Assembly (NCBI GenBank): GCA_963626345.1
Contig: CAVFXI010000037.1
Location: 1,616-65,615 of the forward strand
Reading direction: 5' to 3'
DNA length: 64,000 nt
DNA from: Gemmiger formicilis
GTDB taxonomy: Bacteria > Bacillota_I > Bacilli_A > RFN20 > CAG-826
Shown: positions 62,743 through 64,000 of the stretch, piece by piece
Numbering within the stretch: position 1 is the first letter of the stretch
How the letters are laid out: each line of letters starts with the position of its first letter
The notes under the pieces: model-generated
Seen by the model: only the letters and a program-made list of their open reading frames with translations
The model's database searches: none
What the model was told of the DNA's origin: nothing
Translations under genes and position numbers: made by a program

Positions 62743-64000
62743 ATGATTAAAAAAAGATCTGAAATAGATCTTGTAAATGGTTCAACAAGCGAATTGGTAA
62801 AGAAAATGATTCTTTATACTCTTCCTATTGTTTTGGTTGGAATACTTCAACTTTTATATAATGCTTTTGACTTAATTGTTGTTCAAGGACATGATGGAAG
62901 TCTTGCAGCTGCAGCGGTTGGTGCGAATGGAAGTTTGATTAGTTTAATCACTGGTGGATTTTTGGGATTAGTTAATGGAACTAATGTTGTAATAGCACGT
63001 ACTTATGGAAAAGGTGACCGTGAAAACTGCCAAAAAGCATTACACACTTCTTTAGTTGTGGCTCTTTTTGGTGGAGTTGTTATTGGGATTATTGGATTTG
63101 TTTTTTCAAAATATTTTCTTAAATGGATGAATGTTGATGAATCATATATTGATTTAGCAAATACATATTTGAAAATATATTTTCTTGGACTTCCATTTTT
63201 AGCTTTATATAATTTTGGAACTGCAATTTTAAGGGGCGTTGGAAACAGTTTTGCCCCATTAATGTTCTTATTTATTGCTGGTGTCACAAATGTTGGCTTA
63301 AATTATATGTTTGTTTATGCATTTAATATGTCAGTTAGTGGTGTTGCTTTAGCCACAATAATTAGTGAGGGGTTAAGTGCGTTTTTAGTTTTAATTTATC
63401 TTTATTTTAATAAAGGATTTATTAGATTTAGATTTAAAGAATTAAAAGTTTCTTCAAATGTATTAAAAGAGATTTTAAGAATTGGCATTCCTAGTGGAAT
63501 TCAAGGAGTTGTTTTTTCAATTAGTAATGTTTTACTTCAAGCTTCAGTTAATACTTGGGGACCAGAAGTAGTTGCTGCAAATAGTGATGCTTCTTCTATT
63601 GAAGGTTTTACTTATATTTCTATGTTTTCTGTTTCTTCGACATCAAGTGCATTTATAAGCGCAAATTATGGTAGAGGTTATAAAGAAAATATAAAAAAGA
63701 TAATAATTACAACAAGTATTATGACCTTAGTAATTGGTCTGCTTGTTGGTGGAATCGAATTATTATTTAGTAGGCAATTACTTGAATTCTATATGGGAAA
63801 TAATGCTGATATTGAAGTTGAAGAATATGCTATGGCTAGACTTTTAGTTATTTTAACTACTTATTGGTTATGTGGATTAATGGATGTTGAGTGTGGAACT
63901 TTAAGAGGTCTTGGATATTCGATTTCTCCATTAATCATTACATTGAGTTTCTGCTGCTTATTCCGTGTATTTTGGAATTCGTGTATTTATTCAAATGATG
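62743..64000 (+). CDS. MATE-family efflux transporter (3'-truncated by window end; absent from the ORF track)
   Basis: An open frame runs from the ATG at 62743 to the window edge. MIKKRSEIDLVNGSTSELVKKMILYTLPIVLVGILQLLYNAFDLIVVQ... and IGIPSGIQGVVFSISNVLLQ are typical MATE blocks. Confidence 0.85.
   Translation, partial: MIKKRSEIDLVNGSTSELVKKMILYTLPIVLVGILQLLYNAFDLIVVQGHDGSLAAAAVGANGSLISLITGGFLGLVNGTNVVIARTYGKGDRENCQKALHTSLVVALFGGVVIGIIGFVFSKYFLKWMNVDESYIDLANTYLKIYFLGLPFLALYNFGTAILRGVGNSFAPLMFLFIAGVTNVGLNYMFVYAFNMSVSGVALATIISEGLSAFLVLIYLYFNKGFIRFRFKELKVSSNVLKEILRIGIPSGIQGVVFSISNVLLQASVNTWGPEVVAANSDASSIEGFTYISMFSVSSTSSAFISANYGRGYKENIKKIIITTSIMTLVIGLLVGGIELLFSRQLLEFYMGNNADIEVEEYAMARLLVILTTYWLCGLMDVECGTLRGLGYSISPLIITLSFCCLFRVFWNSCIYSND

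Noticed and set aside
63003-63287. 94-aa minus-strand ORF listed in the track.
   Set aside because: It is antisense to an unlisted but clearly real MATE transporter ORF (62743 to the window end), so it is a shadow ORF.
1-64000. Possibility that the organism uses the Mycoplasma/Spiroplasma code (TGA = Trp), given the Mollicutes-like features.
   Set aside because: Long conserved ORFs, including the 1,929-aa gene, are intact under the standard code. Trp positions in conserved motifs are TGG. TGA ends the last reading-frame piece of the AlbA_2 pseudogene (3753-3755) at the family-typical C-terminus (...NQKYLTKK).

Overview
The window is visibly AT-rich and uses the standard genetic code: TGA, TAG and TAA all terminate long, well-conserved ORFs, and Trp is encoded by TGG. 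Gene content is that of an anaerobic, saccharolytic low-GC Firmicutes/Mollicutes-like organism (Acholeplasma/Anaeroplasma/Erysipelotrichia-like). That placement is an inference from gene content and from Lys/Glu-rich insertions in ABC-transporter proteins.

Content from left to right:
1. A membrane protein, a small GNAT, and a complete tmRNA (ssrA, 1618-1996).
2. A stretch of decayed or accessory genes directly 3' of ssrA: a DUF1016 fragment, a twice-frameshifted AlbA_2/HATPase_c_4 gene, a YwaF-like protein with an inserted domain, and an AAA+/DUF4143 ATPase with a PD-(D/E)xK motif.
3. A three-gene operon encoding a hydrolase, a PNPOx-family protein and an ATC-hydrolase-like protein.
4. A stand-alone 1,929-aa gene with the architecture DUF4011 / SF1 helicase / Vsr-like nuclease / DUF3320 (9852-15641).
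5. degV.
6. A divergent beta-glucoside/chito-oligosaccharide locus with two GH94-type phosphorylases, a LacI regulator and an ABC importer.
7. rex-adhE fused to an hfsABCD-like sensory [FeFe]-hydrogenase/PP2C cluster.
8. A GH3 enzyme, DUF2804, an Fe-ADH and a MATE transporter.
9. A YesN/YesM/solute-binding-protein three-component sugar sensor upstream of an mglBAC-like transporter.
10. A PlsX-like paralog, asnA, an unannotated 44-aa ORF, a GT2 with a divergent ECF sigma/anti-sigma pair, a HAD hydrolase, a DUF2156-GNAT fusion, and a second MATE gene that runs off the window and is missing from the ORF track.

The best candidate for a poorly described system is the giant helicase-nuclease. It looks Hhe-like but carries an extra ~390-aa N-terminal module with a transglutaminase-like Cys/His core, and about 625 aa lie between Walker A and Walker B. 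I found no CRISPR array, integrase, transposase, rRNA or tRNA. All family assignments come from motif recognition by eye, not from database searches.
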